The position numbers and the translations under genes were made by a program. Below, one piece after another: positions 41,561 to 57,716 of a stretch of DNA of 64,000 nt (its first letter is position 1; each line of letters starts with the position of its first letter). The stretch is from NCBI RefSeq assembly GCF_039654945.1, contig NW_027361869.1:8184001-8248000 (forward strand), read 5' to 3'. A model generated the notes under the pieces. It was given only the letters and a program-made list of their open reading frames with translations. It was not told the DNA's origin and ran no database searches. Source of the stretch: Dendrobates tinctorius. Its lineage: Eukaryota.

Positions 41561-44500
41561 CACTGATCATACAACTCTGCGGGGACAGGGTGGTGGTACT
41601 GATAATACAGCTCTGCAGGGAGGAGGTGGTGGTGCTGAACATACAGCTCTGCAGGGAAAAGGTGGTGGCACTGAACATACAGCTCAGCGTGGACAAGGTG
41701 GTGGTACTAATCAGACAGCTCTACAGGGAGGAGGTGGTGGCACTGAACATACTTGTTTGCAGTGATGAGGTAGTGGCACTGATCATACAGCTCTGCAGGG
41801 ATGAGGTGGTGGCACTGAAGATACAGCTCTGCAGTGATGAGGTGGTTGCACTGATCATACAGCTCTGTGGGGAGGAGGCGGTGGCACTGATCATAAGGCT
41901 CTGCAGGGACAAGGTTGTGTCACTGATCTTACAGCTCTGTAGGGATGAGGTGGTGGCACTGATCATACAGTTCTGCGGGGAGGAAGTGGTGGCACTGATC
42001 ATACAGCTCTTCAGGGAGGAGGTGGTGGCACTGATCATACAGCTCTTCAGGAATGAGGTAGTGGCACAGATCATACAGCTCTGCAGAGAGGAGGTGGTGG
42101 CACTGATTATACAGCTTTGCAGGGATGAGGTAGTGGCACAGATCCTACAGACCTGCAGGGACAAGGTGGTGGCACTGATCATACAGCTCTGCAGTGACAA
42201 GGTGGTGACACTGATCATACACCTCTGCGGCGATAAGGTGGTGGTACTGATCATACAGCTCTGCAAGGACCAGGTGGTGGCACTGATCATACAGCTTTGC
42301 GGGGACAATGTGTTTGCACTGATTATACATCTCTTAAGGTATAAGTTGGAGGCACTGATCATGCGGTTCTTCAGGGATGAGGTTGTGGCACTGATCATAC
42401 AGCTCTGCAGGGATGAGGTAGTGGCACAGATCATACAGCTCTTCAGGAATGAGGTAGTGGCACAGATCATACAGCTCTGCAGAGAGGAGGTGGTGGCACT
42501 GATTAAACAGCTTTGCAGGGATGAGGTAGTGGCACAGATCCTACAGACCTGCAGGGACAAGGTGGTGGCACTGATCATACAGCTCTGCAGGGACAAGGTG
42601 GTGACACTGATCATACACCTCTGCGGCGATAAGGTGGTGGTACTGATCATACAGCTCTGCAAGGACCAGGTGGTGGCACTAATCAAACAGCTCTGCAGAG
42701 ACGAGGTGGTGGCACTGATTATACAGCTCTGCAGGGAGGAGATGGTGGCACTGATCATACAGCTCTGCAGGAAGTAGGAGGTGGCACTGATTATACAGCT
42801 CTGTGTGGATAAGATGGTGGCACTGATCATACAGCTCTGCAGGGAGGAGTTGGTGGCACAGATCACACAGCTCTGCAGGGACGAGGAGGTGGCACTGATC
42901 ATGCAGCTCTATAGGTAAGAGGTGATGTCACTGATCATACTGCTCTGCAGGGAAGAGGTGGTGACACTGATCAAACAGCTCTGCAAGGACGAGGTGTTGG
43001 CACTGATCATACAGCTTTTCGGGGACAAAGTGGTTGCACTGATTATACATCTCTTAAGGTATAAGTTGGAGGCACTGATCATGCGGTTCTTCAGGGATGA
43101 GGTTGTGGCACTGATCATACAGCTCTTTAGGGATGAGGTAGTGGCACAGATCATACAGCTCTGCAGAGAGGAGGTGGTGGCACTGATTATACAGCTTTGC
43201 AGGTAGGAGATGGTGGCACTGATCATAAAGCTCTGCAGGGAGTAGGTGGTGGCACTGATCATACAGCTCTGCGGGGAGAATTTGATTGCACTGATCATAC
43301 AGCTCTGCGGGGAGAATTTGATTGCACTGATCGTACAGCTCTGCTCGGACAAAGTGGTGGCACTTATTATACAGCTTTGTGGGGACAAGGTGGTGGCACT
43401 GATCATACAGCTCTGCAGTGGCTAGGTTGTGGCACTGATCATGCAGTTCTGCAGGGATGAGGTAGTGGCACAGATCATATAGCTCTGTAGGGATGAGGTA
43501 GTGGCACAGATCATACAGCTTTGCAGGGAGGAGATCGTGGTACTGATCATAAAACTTTGCAGGGAGTAGGTGGTGGCACTGATCATACAGCTCTGCGGGG
43601 ACAATTTGATGGCACTGATCATACAGCTCTGCTCGGACAAAGTGGTGGCACTTATGATACAGCTTTGTGGGGACAAGGTGGTGGCACTGATCATACAGCT
43701 CTGCAGTGACTAGGTTGTGGCACTGATCATGCAGTTCTGCAGGGATGAGGTGGTGGCACTGATCATACAGCTCTGCAGGGAAAATTTGGTGACACTGATC
43801 ATACACCTCTGCGTCGACAAGGTGGTGGTACTGATCATACAGCTGTGCAAGGACCAGGTGGTGGCACTGATCATAAAGCTCTGCAGAGAGGAGGTGGTGG
43901 CACTGATTATACAGCTTTGCAGAGAGGAGATGGTGGCACTGATCTGTGGGGACAATTTGATGGCACTGATCAAACAGCTCTGCTCAGACAAAGTGGTGGC
44001 ACTTATGATACAGCTTTGCGGGGACAAGGTGGTGGCACTGAACATATAGCTCAGCGTGGACAAGGTGGTGGCTCTGATCTTAAAGCTCCACAAGGATGAG
44101 GTGTAGGTACTAATCATACTGCTCTGCAGGGAGGAGGTGGTGGCACTGATCATACAGCTCTGCGGGGACAAGATGGTGGCACTGAACATGAAGATCTGCA
44201 GGGATGATGTGGTGGCACTGATGATACAGTTCTGCAGAGATGAGGTGGTAGCACTCCTCATACAGCTTTGCAGGGACGAGGTGGTGGCACTGATCATACA
44301 GCTTTTCATGGACAAGGTGGTGGCACTGATCAAACAGCTCTGCAAGGACGAGGTGTTGGCACTGATCATACAGCTTTGCGGGGACAATGTGGTTGCACTG
44401 TTTCTACATCTCTTTAGGTATAAGTTGGATGCACTGATCAGGGATGATGTTGTGGCACTTATCATACAGCTCTGCAGGGATGAGGTAGTGGCACAGATCA

Positions 44501-47500
44501 TACAGCTCTGCAGAGAGGAGGTGGTGGCACTGATTACACAACTTTGCAGGGAGGAGATGGTGGCACTGATCATACAGCTCTGCTCGGACAAAGTGGTGGC
44601 ACTTATGATACAGCTTTGTGGGGACAAGGTGGTGGCACTGATCATACAGCTCTGTAGTGACGAGGTTGTGGCACTGATCATGCAGTTCTGCAGGGATGAG
44701 GTAGTGGCAGCGATCATACAGCTCTGCAGGGATGATTCAGTAGCACAGATCATACAGCCCCGCAGGGATGAGGTGGTGGCACTGATCATACAGCTCTGCA
44801 GTGAAAAGTTGGTGACACTGATCATACACCTCTGCGGCGACAAGGTGTTGGTACTGATCATACAGCTCTGCAAGGACCAGGTGGTGGCACTGATCATAAA
44901 GCTCTGCAGAGAGGAGGTGGTGGCACTGATTATTCAGCTTTGCAGGGAGCAGATGGTGGCACTGATCATACAGCTCTGTGGGGACAATTTGATGGCACTG
45001 ATCATACAGCTATGCTCGGACAAAGTGGTGGCACTTATGATACAGCTTTGCGGGGACAAGGTGGTGGCACTGAACATATAGCTCAGCGTGGACAAGGTGG
45101 TGGCTCTGATCTTAAAGCTCTACAAGGATGAGGTGGAGGTACTAATCGTACAGCTCTGCAGGGAGGAGGTTGTGGCACTGAGCAAACAGCTCTGCATGGA
45201 AAGGTGGTGGCACTGAACATACAGCTCAGCGTGTACAAGGTGGTGGCACTGATCAGACAGCTCTACAGGGAGGAGGTTGTGGCACTGAACATACTGGTTT
45301 GCAGGAATGAGGTAGTGGCACTGATCATACAGCTCTACAGGTATGAGGTGATGGCACTGAAGATACAGCTCTGCAGGGATGAGGTGGTTGAACTGATCTT
45401 GCAGCTCTGCAGGGAGTAGGTGGTGGCACTGATCATAAAGCTCTGCGGGGACAATTTTATGGCACTGATCATACAGCTCTGCTCGCACAAAGTGGTGGCA
45501 CTTATCATACAGCTTTGTGGGGACAAGGTGGTGGCACTGATCATGCACTTCTGCAGGGATGAGGTAGCGGCACCGATCATACAGCTCTGCAGGGATGATT
45601 CAGTAGCACAGATCATACAGCCTGCAGGGATGAGGTGGTGGCGTGTCACTGATCATACAGCTCTGCAGGGAAAAGTTGGTGACACTGATCATACACCTCT
45701 GCGGCGACAAGGTGGTGGTACTGATCATACAGCTCTGAAGGGAATAGGTGGTGGCACAGATCCTACAGACCTGCAGGGACAAGGTGGTGACACTGATCAT
45801 ACGTCTCTGCGGCGACAAGGTGGTGGTAATGATCATACAGCTCTGCAAGGACCAGGTGGTGGCACTAATCATACAGCACTGCAGAGACGAGGTGGTGGCA
45901 CTGATTATACAGCTCTGCAGGGATTAGATGGTGGCACTGATCATACAGCTCTGCAGGCAGTAGGAGGTGGCACTGATTATACAGCTCTGTGTGGATAAGG
46001 TGGTGGCACTGATCATACAGCTCTGCAGGGAGTAGTTGGTGGCACTGATCATGCAGCTCTGCAGGTAAGAGGTGGTGTCACTGATCATACAGCTCTGCAG
46101 GGACAATGTGGTTGCACTGATTATACATCTCTTTAGGTATAAGTTGGAGGCACTGATCATGTGGTTCTGCAGGGATGAGGTTGTGGCACTGATCATACAG
46201 CTCTGCTCGGACAAAGTGGTGGCACTGATCATACAACTTTGCGGTGACAAGGTGGTGGCACTGATTTACAGTTCTGTGGCGACACGGTGGTGGCACTGAT
46301 CATACAGGTCTGCAGGGAGGAGGTTGTCGCACTGAACATACTGGTTTTCAGGGATGAGGTGGTGGCACAGATCATACAGCTCTGCAGAGAGGAGGTGGTG
46401 GCACTGATTATACAGCTTTGCAGGGAGGAGATGGTGGCACTGATCATACAGCTCTGCGGGGACAATTTGATGGCACTGATCATACAGCTCTGCTCGGACA
46501 AAGTGGTGGCACTTATGATACAGCTTTGTGGGGACAAGATGGTGGCACTGATCATACAGCTCTGCAGTGACGAGGTTGTGGCACTGATCATGCAGTTCTG
46601 CTGGGATGAGGTAGTGGCACAGATCATACAGCTCTGCAGGGATGTTTCAGTAGCACACATCATACAGCCCTGCAGGGATGAGGTGGTGGCACTGATCATA
46701 CACCTCTGCGGCGACAAGGTGGTGGTACTGATCATACAGCTCTGCAAGGACCAGGTGGTGGCACTGATCTTAAAGCTCTGCAGGGATGAGGTGGTGGCAC
46801 TGATCATACAGCTCTGCAGAGAGGAGGTGGTGGCACTGATTATACAGCTTTGCAGGGAGGATATGGTAACATTGATCATTCAGCTCTGTGTGGATAAGAT
46901 GGTGGCACTGATCATACAGCTCTGCAAGGACGAGGTGTTGGCACTGATCATACAGCTTTGCGGGGACAATGTGGTTGCACTGATTATACATCTCTTTAGG
47001 GATAAGTTGGAGCCACTGATCATGCAGCTCTGCAGGGATGAGGTTGTGGCACTGATCATACAGCTCTGCAGGGATGAGTTAGTGGCTCAGATCATACAGC
47101 TCTGCAGGGATGAGGTAGTGGCACAGATCACACAGCTCTGCAGGGACGAGGAGGTGGCACTGATCATACAGCTCTGTGGTGAGGAGGCGGTGGCACTGAT
47201 CATAAGGCTCTGCAGGGACAAGGTTGTGTCACTGATCTTACAACTCTGCAGGGAGTAGGTGGTGGCATTGATCATTCAGCTCTGTGTGGATAAGATGGTG
47301 GCACTAATCATGCAGCTCTGCAGGTATGAGGTGGTGTCACTGATTATACAGCTCTGCAGGGAAGAGGTGGTGACACTGATCATACAGCTCTGCAAAGACG
47401 AGGTGTTGGCACTGATCATACAGCTTTGTGGGGACAATGTAGTTGCACTGATTATACATCTCTTTAGGGATAAGTTGGAGCCACTGATCATACAGCTCTG

Positions 47501-50500
47501 CAGGGACGAGGAGGTGGCACTGATCATACAGCTCTGTGGAGACAAGGTGGTGGCACTGATAATACACCTCTGCGGCGACAACGTGGTGGTACTGATCATA
47601 CAGCTCTGCAGAGAGGAGGTGGTGACACTGATCATACAGCTCTGAAGGGAATAGGTGGTGGCACTGATGATACAGCTCTGTAGGGATGAGGTGGTTGCAC
47701 TGATCATACAGCTCTATGGGGAGGAGGCGGTGGCACTGATCATAAGGCTCTGTAGGGACAAGGTTGTGTCACTGATCTTACAGCTCTGCAGGGAGTAGGT
47801 GGTGGCATTGATCATTCAGCTCTGTAGGGAAGAGGTGGTGACACTGATCATAAAGCTCTGCAGGGATGAGGTAGTGGCACAGATCACACAGTGCTGCAAG
47901 GACCAGGTGGTGGCACTGATCATACAGCTATGCAGGGACGAGGAGGTGGCACTGATCATACAGCTCTGCGGGGACAAGGTGGTGACACTGATAATACACC
48001 TCTGAGGCGACAAGGCACTGATCATACAGCTCTGCAGGGACAAGGTGGTGGTACTGATCATACAGCTCTGCAGAGAGGAGGTGGTGGCACTGATCATACA
48101 GCTCTGAAGGGAATATGTGGTGGCACTGATCATAAAGTTCTGCAGTGACGAGGTGGTGGCACTAATCATACTGCTTTGCAGGGAGGAGGTGGTGGCACTG
48201 ATCATACAGCTCAGCAGGGAGGACGTGGTGGCACTGATTATACAGCTCAGCAGGGACAAGGTGGTGGCACTGATCATACAGCTTTGCGGGGATAATGTGG
48301 TTGCACTGATTATACATCTCTTTAGGGATAAGTTGGAGGCACTGATCATGCAGTTCTGCAGGGATGAGATAGTGGCTCAGATCATACAGCTCTGCAGGGA
48401 CGAGGAGGTGGCACTGATCATACACCTCTGCGGCCACAAGGTGGTGGTACTAATCATACAGCTCTGCAGTGACGAGGTCGTGGCACTGATTATGCAGTTC
48501 TGCAGGGATGATGTAGTGGCACCGATCATACAGCTCTGCAGGGATGATTCAGTAGAACAGATCATACAGCCCTGTAGGGATGAGGTGATGGCACTGATCA
48601 TACAGCTCTGCAGGGAAAAGTTGGTGACACTGATCATACAGCTCTGCTCGCACAAAGTGGTGGCACTTATGATACAGCTTTGTGGGGACAAGGTGGTGGC
48701 ACTGATCATGCAGTTCTGCAGGGATGAGGTAGTGACACCGATCATACAGCTCTGCAGGTATGATTCAGTAGCACAGATCATACAGCCTGCAGGGATGAGG
48801 TGGTGGCACTGATCATACACCTCTGCGGCGACAAGGTGGTGTTACTGATCATACAGCTCTGCAAGGACCAGGTGGTGGCACTAATCATACAGCTCTGCAG
48901 AGACAAGGTGGTGGCACTGATTATACAGCTCTGCAGGGAGGAGGTTGTCGCACTGAACATACTGGTTTGCAGGGATGTGGTGGTGGCACAGATCATACAG
49001 CTCTGCAGAGAGGAGGTGGTGGCACTGATTATACAGATTTGCAGGGAGGAGATGGTGGCACTGATCATACAGCTCTGCAGGGAGTAGGTGGTGGCACTGA
49101 TAATAGAGCTCTCCCGGGATAATTTGATGGCACTGATCATACAGCTCTGCTCGGACAAAGTGGTGGCACTTATGATACAGCTTTGTGGGGACAAGATGTT
49201 GGCACTGATCATACAGCTCTGCAGTGATGAGGTTGTGGCACTGATCATGCAGTTCTGCAGGGATGAGGTAGTGGCACCGATCATACAGCTCTGCAGGGAT
49301 GTTTCAGTAGCACAGATCATACAGCCCTGCAGGGATGAGGTGGTGGCACTGATCATACAGCTCTTCAGGGAAAAGTTGGTGACGCTGATCATACACCTCT
49401 GCGGCGACAAGGTGGTGGCACTGATTATACAGTTCTGCGGCGACAAGGTGGTGGCACTGATCACACAGGTCTGCAGGGAAAAGGTGGTGTTATTGAACAT
49501 ACAGCTCAGCGCGGACAAGGTGGTGGCACTGATCAGACAGCTCTACAGGGAGGAGGTTGTGGCACTAAACATACTGGTTTGCAGGGATGAGGTTGTGGCA
49601 CTGATCATACAGCTCTGCAGGGAGGAGGTGGTGGCACTGATCATACAGCTCTGCAGGGAATAGGTGGTGGCACTGATCGTACAGCTCTGCTGGGACAAGA
49701 TGGTGGTACTGATCATAAAGCTCTGCAGGGATGATGTAGTGGCACTGATCATACAGGTCTGCAGAGACGAGGTGGTGGCACTGATCATACAACTTTTCGT
49801 GGACAAGGTGGTGGCACTGATCAGACAGCTTTGCGTGTACAAGGTGGTGGCACTAATCAGGTAGCCCTGAGGGGATGACGTGGTGGCACTGATCAAAAAG
49901 CTCTGCAGGGATTAGGTGGTGGCACTGATCATACAGCTCTGCAAGGAGTAGGTGGTGGCACTGATCATACAGCTTGCGTTGACAATGTGGTGGCACTGAT
50001 TATACAGTTCTGCGGCGAAAAGGTGGTGGCACTGATCATACAGCTCTGCATGTAAAGGTGGTGGCACTGAACATACAGCTCTGCAGGGAAAAGGTGGTGG
50101 CACTGAACATACAGGTCAGCAGGGACGAGGTGGTGGCACTCATTATAGAACTCTGCAGGGGTGAAGTGGTGGCACTGATCATACAGGCCAAAAATGGGGG
50201 ACGGGGTATGGAGTATGGCATGCGGATGGAGAGCACATTGATGCTGGAACCAGCGCGTCGCCTATCACGCTCCCCCATCAGTACATAGGTTTTCATCTGT
50301 GCTTTTTTTTTTTTTTAGTAATTACAGAAAAGCAGGAGGATTTGTGGTTTATTGGCTTAATTAATTTTCTTCTGTTACATAATATTTGTTCAGTGAACCT
50401 GCGGATAATTACACTACACTAATGTGGGGTTAACCCTCTGTGTAGCTCTAGGACTTTTCACCAATGATGGCAATTAGCTCGATCTGCACGTGCCGCAATC

Positions 50501-51237
50501 TCCTCAGTCACTTACAGTATTATCGGGACTCCCAGCTGTTTCTGCACTGATTACAGGGGGCTATAAGCAGCAGATGTTCTCGAGGAGCCCGATGTGAGAT
50601 GAAGGTGGCGCATCTATGAACACTGGTAAATAAGAGGGGATCAGCAGGAACAAGGCAAGTAAGAGGTTAAACAGAGGAGGAAAGGCGTCTATGTACATCG
50701 CTGAAGGCTGAGGGCGGCGCTTAACCGAGGATTCCCGCTCATTGTCTGATCGCAGGATCCGTTTGGGGATTTGAACTTCCCGCTCTTCTTCCGCCGAGGA
50801 TTATTAGCGGACATCACAATCCGGTCACACAGAGAACCGCGCAGAGTCCGGCCCTCCAGAGCCGCCATCACGGGATCGCCCTCCGGGAGGAGCAGCAGTC
50901 ACTGATGTGGACAATCACCGGCCGCCATCCCCCGATACTCCGGGACGTGATAACCGCATGTAATCTCCACAGCAGAGTCAGGGGCCCGAGTATCAAGACA
51001 TTCACTAATGAGGGACATTTCCTGTGACTATTCGAGGACTCCTCTCCCCACACAGGTCTGAGGCTTCATGTGATAACCCAGACATGGGCATCCTCAGTGT
51101 TTTGTGTTGAACCCCGGAATCAAGTGTGTATGGGCACCAACCTACAAACTGGTGGCGGCAGCCCGTGGTGCCTAACGTCAGTCCCATGTGAGCACGCAGA
51201 GATCAGCGGCGTCAGCTCTTGTGGCGACGGTGTGGGT

Positions 51238-51253
51238 GGCTCTTAGAAGAGCC
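51238..51253 (-). terminator. H2A 3' stem-loop; HDE AAGAGCTG at ~51213-51220
   Basis: Minus strand AAA-GGCTCTTCTAAGAGCC-ACCCA. Confidence 0.96.
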
Positions 51254-51286
51254 TTTGGTGTTGTGGACAGAGATCGGCGGCAGCGC

Positions 51287-52374
<1,088 letters not shown>

Positions 52375-52408
52375 TCTGCTCAGTCTGCTGCTCCGCCATC
52401 ACCCCAAA

Positions 52409-52424
52409 GGCTCTTCTAAGAGCC
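52409..52424 (+). terminator. H2B 3' stem-loop; HDE CAGAGCTGT at 52441-52449
   Basis: AAA-GGCTCTTCTAAGAGCC-ACCACCCCATCTCCAT-CAGAGCTGT. Confidence 0.96.
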
Positions 52425-54127
52425 ACCACCCCATCTCCATCAGAGCTGTGGCTGCTCCTGTGTCCTTTCCCGTCTCCCCGAGTTGTCTGCTCCACCGCCT
52501 GGGTCTCTGCGTCTAGTGACGGGAAGTGACAGGTGAAGGAAGTAGGGATGATGAATGCTACCAAGGAGATTGTGAGAACCGAGGACCTTCTAAATAATAA
52601 CCTGGTCACTTCTCCATAAGTTGCTCTGTGTTCAGGGACTACTCTTTAACCCCTTGCTCCACAGATCTTGATATTCTGGGGTCTCATTCATTTGGTATAA
52701 CATGATTCGGTTTAGTTCATGATACACCATGATGACTAATAACACTTTCTAAGCCGGGATGCTTTGAGACTGAATTTTCTCCCCCATGCAGCACCAGACA
52801 GTGAGCTGACGATTTTCCTCTCTGCACTTAGTTCATGATTCTCGTGTTTTTCCTCAAATAACAGGAGACATTTGTAGTCGGTGCAGTTTTATCTAGAGAT
52901 TATGCTGGAGTCTTCACTGTAAAGGGAAGCGGTGACGACATTTTAGAAGCAGCGGGAAATTCAAACCCCCTAACCGTCCTGTGTTCAGCCAATCCGCAGA
53001 GGGAGGGGAGGAGCTAATGTTCCCAATGGTTGACACGTTTGCAGTTCCCGCTTTTTCTGTTCTTTGTCTCCATATAACGCGCGGTCCCAGGACGGAGCGA
53101 TGTCGGGGAATCTGCAGGTGTTGAGAGGTCGCTGGTCGCTTACATCCCATACAGGAGTCTGCAGCTGTTCCTGGTTAGAGAATGAATCCGCGTTAGGCAG
53201 ATGCTGTGATGCCCCGTGTGTCTGACCTGCAGGCGATCACATCTCCCTTTCTCGTCATAATCAGTATTGTGGAGACAATATATTGGCTAGAGATGTATCC
53301 TACAAGAGACATTTCAGGGGAGACCAATTCTGCTCTTCCAAGCAGATCCCACCTGCAGCTCCAGGCAGGAGGTCTGTGATGGGAAATGTGCGATCATGTA
53401 GAGAAGATTGCCGAGAGCTCAGTGCACAATACATTACACTGTGATGTGAGGATCCTCTAGGTCAGACATGTCATGACATCATCTCCCATCACATCCTCCT
53501 CACAGATGTTTTTTAAATAATTACTGCAGGATATGGGGCGATATTGGCGGCTGGGATCAGTCAGGATCACTGCTGAGCTCTGATTTTCAGCCTTTTCTGT
53601 CATTATGTTAATAATTGTTTTTCCTAATTAATTGTAGCTGACAGCAGGTCCCTACTCTGCAGCAATGTGAGCTATGATGTGGTGGAAAAAAGAATCATTG
53701 CCAGGGGAAGAAGAAAACACAAATATAAGGACAATAGTGTCATAATTGCCCGAAGTAATGATGACTCCTATCATAGCACAAATGTCCCTAATGCGGGAAT
53801 ATAAGACCTGAATAAAGGCAGAGAGGGCTTAGCCCTGGGGTTAATATAAATGTAATATTCTCTATGAAAACCGGAGATCCTGTGATTACTGAGGACTGAG
53901 CCTTATATCAGGCAGTGTATCTACCGGTGTGAGATCCCCTGGGCGGCTGCCTGTAATATCTGTGGTTACAGTCTGTTCTGTCCTCCTGACATATACTGGG
54001 GCCGTGTCTGCTCCCCTCTATTTGTGCTGCCCATTTATCTATAGGCTGAATCTGGAATAATTCTCATCACAGGGGAAGAAGTGACATTATATTACAAGCT
54101 GGAAAGAAAAGGGAAACTGAACAATGA

Positions 54128-54269
54128 GCGGGAAATTCAAACTCTCCAACAGTTCTGTGCTCAGCCAAACAGCAGAGGAAGGGAGGAGCTCATGTGGATT
54201 CTGTAAGCCCCGCCCTGGGGCGCGTCATCTCTGCAGTTCTCTCTCTGGTCCGTCTCTCCTGTATATAAA
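54128..54269 (+). promoter_or_regulatory. H4 promoter
   Basis: GCGGGAAATTCAAA (E2F/CHR-like), GC box, GGTCCG (H4 site II core, 54247-54252), TATATAAA (54262-54269). Confidence 0.8.
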
Positions 54270-54290
54270 GGAGGGGTCGTTCGGTTTTAG

Positions 54291-54629
<339 letters not shown>

Positions 54630-54659
54630 TTGTATTCTTTTCTGTGCTGATAACCCAAA

Positions 54660-54675
54660 GGCTCTTTTCAGAGCC
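54660..54675 (+). terminator. H4 3' stem-loop
   Basis: AAA-GGCTCTTTTCAGAGCC-ACCCA, GAGAGGCT downstream. Confidence 0.96.
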
Positions 54676-56321
54676 ACCCACATCTTCTACCTGAGAGGCT
54701 ACGATTTCCTATTCCTGCAATCTGGTGCCTGTAAGTATACTAGTTGTCACAGCCTGGCATGTGTCTTGCACTTTCCTCCTTCCATACTGGAGCTGGCACC
54801 GCGGACTTGGGGTGATGTGGTTTATTCTCCTTGATCTATAATATACAGCTGCCAGGTTCTGGGGGCATACAGTATATCCGCACTGTGCAGCACAGACATC
54901 TCTGCACCACAGTACATACCTCGCTGTGATGTGGTCACTACAGAGCAGAAATCCAAGTTCTGCCGTGAGATGAACGTGATTCTGCTACAGGTCTTCCTGA
55001 TCAGATCAGTGTGTGTGTCAGGAGGCAGCGAATACTCCCGGGGATTGTCGCTGGATAGATGCGCCTCCCCCAAAGGCTCCTATCAGAGCCGCACACATGT
55101 GTTCTACAATTCCTGATATTTGATGACTGCGGTGATGGAGTCTGGTCAGATCCTATTTCTCAGGATTGGTGTAAATCCAGTGAGGAGCGGTCACATCCTG
55201 TACCGGTAACTGCTCCCCCTTGTTAGTGGCGGCTCCCCGGTATGTCCAGCGCCTGCATCTCATCACTACCACCCTCCTCATTTACCATCTACATGTGGCC
55301 ACTGATTGTGACCTCCTGACTGCTCCTAATAACATGGACTGGAGCTACAGCCGGCAGCGGTCTCCTGTGCTCGGGCTGATGGATGAAGCCGCTCCCTCCC
55401 CGCAGCCGGACATTAGCGGCTCGTTCCCCTCATGACGGGGAGGTTTCTGGTGTCTTATCCTATTTATCAGTAGTCGGAGCCAGAAGAGAGAACAGAGTCC
55501 GCACCCCGAATGTACAGCGCCGTCATCCGAGCCTGGCGGACCATAGCGAGGACTGGAGATGAGGCGGCTCCGGAGCCTGTGTATTTCTGAGTGCGGAGAG
55601 CGCCATCCCTCCAGAGGAGAAAAAGTCTCGCATACAAGATAACTGCATAAATGTGGTTGGTGAGATAATGAGCAGCGGCCACCGTTCTGGGGATTGAGGG
55701 GTTAATACAATCTCACTTTACCACATGATCTGCAGGTATAATGGCCGCTTACTCCTGACAGTGATTGGGAAATGATGTCTCTTCCACAAGCAGAGAACAG
55801 TCACTGAAGGGTTAATGATCGAGGGCCGAGAGCACGACTGAGCGGGAGATTCAAACCATCAAACGGTTATAAAGCTCCGCCCACAGGAACCGACCAATCG
55901 ATAGACGTGCTTCCTCCTCCGTTTAACTCCTTATTGCCCTTCTACCTGCTGCTCCTCATGTACACGTGTTCTCCCGGCAGCGCTCAGCACATCGGGCTCC
56001 TCCTGGTAGAACATGTGCGGATTGTATCATCCGATCTGTGCTAGATGCGGCCTCCTGTGATCAGTGCGGACCCCACACGGAGACGCCCAGATATAACGTT
56101 ACCGGGTCTCCGTGTGGGGTCCGCTCCGATCACTGCTGGAAGTGGAGTTGAGACTGATCAGCCCTGGAGCTGCAGGCAATGTATACACACCCCGTACGGT
56201 GCTGCACATCCTCCATACCACCTACTGGGTGGTATACAGCACTACAAAGCCTACGTGTGCTGTATACTCCCCATCTAGTGCTGCAGACACAAATCCGAGA
56301 GCATCTGTTCTATATAAGCCT

Positions 56322-56518
56322 GAATCATGGAATGTTCCAGCTCAGTGCAAGATTCATTAAATCCTCCCAGACGGATGTCTGTCCAGCCTCTGTTTGAAGA
56401 CTTCCATTGAAGGAGAACTCAACACCTCCAGTGGCAGCCTGTTCCACTTATTGATCATCCTCACTGTCAAAAAGTTCTCTTTAATATCTAATCCGTGTCT
56501 CCTCCCATTCAGAATCAT
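56322..56518 (-). mobile_element. Old CR1 3'-end fragment
   Basis: 56359-56512 aligns by eye with 62595-62749 of the young CR1. Confidence 0.85.
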
Positions 56519-56519
56519 C

Positions 56520-56890
56520 TACAGAATACCCCCATATAGTGCTGTAAACCCCAAATAGCTATTGTATGTATAGGCTCACATAGTGCTGGATACCCTCCAT
56601 ATAGTGACATGAGCATAAGGTAGTGCTGATACCTACATATTGCTGAATACTCTGCACAAAGTGCTGTGGGCCCTCCATATTGTTCTATATAACATCATAT
56701 GTGGCTGTATACCCCCATATAGTGCTGTAAGCTGCCAAATACTGTTGTATACGGACACATTGTGCAGTATACCCTTCAAGTAGTATTATATATCTCCATA
56801 TAGTGCTGATAATCCAACATATAGTATTTTATAGTTGAATATCCTGTATCCATACAGTGCTGTATACTCCCCATATATTCGTGCACACCC
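56520..56890. repeat. Degenerate ~30-bp tandem repeat (CCCCATATAGTGCTGTATA core)
   Basis: Recurring TAGTGCTG/CCATAT motifs; similar units at ~56180-56290. Confidence 0.6.
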
Positions 56891-57515
56891 TCATGTATTA
56901 TGGATTCACGGCAAGGCCTGCCCTGCTACCAAGTCATATGCACCCCAATAACTCCAATCCCCCCTTGGAATAAAATATAGAGGGCCTTTTAAAAAATGTC
57001 TCATTAAAAAAAGAACCAGATCTCCTAGACTTGTAATGCCCATACACTAAGTGTGTTGGCTGGCAAACATGTTGCCCTGTGGGTTACACCTCAACCTTTT
57101 CCATAACCAGTATTTTACGCCCAGCAAAACCACCCACCCTTGTTCGTGTGAGGACTCCTGGAGTGGACCCTCTGGGCCATGATTCCAACCCACCCTGGGC
57201 GAGCTGACCTGGTAAGGACCACCCAGGGATACAGGAAGCATCAGAACGCCCTGGGAAATAAAGTACCATGACTGCTGGAACCAGGTGGCAGGCTCGAAGG
57301 AGGCACAAGAGACAGTGTTTAGCAGGATGAAGTGGTGGATGATATAGTAACTGACCCAAGCTAGCAGGAGGACATGCAAAGTGAGGACAGCAGCATAGGG
57401 GGAGGGAGGCATAGCGCCCCAACAGCCAGGAAGAAGCAGTGTGGTTGCCGCAGACAGAAGGCCGGCGACTATTAACAGTAACACCAACATGATGGAAGTT
57501 GCCTGTCCATCTGTT

Positions 57516-57655
57516 AGGCCTTCTCAAGTCTAGTTGTTTTTTAATACTCTGCCCATAACCCCAAAAAAGGTCATTTGCACCACCTGCCATGCCAGCATCA
57601 GCAGGGGTAGCAAAACTACCAGCCTCACCACCACGAGCATGATCAGGACCATGGT
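57516..57655 (+). pseudogene. BED zinc-finger hAT transposase fragment (second copy)
   Basis: Matches 181-320; the relic probably extends upstream to ~57000. Confidence 0.6.
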
Positions 57656-57716
57656 TGGTAGCAAAGCCGGCAGTATTAAAGGTCAGGAATTCGCTCTTCT
57701 TGAGGGAGGATTGGGT

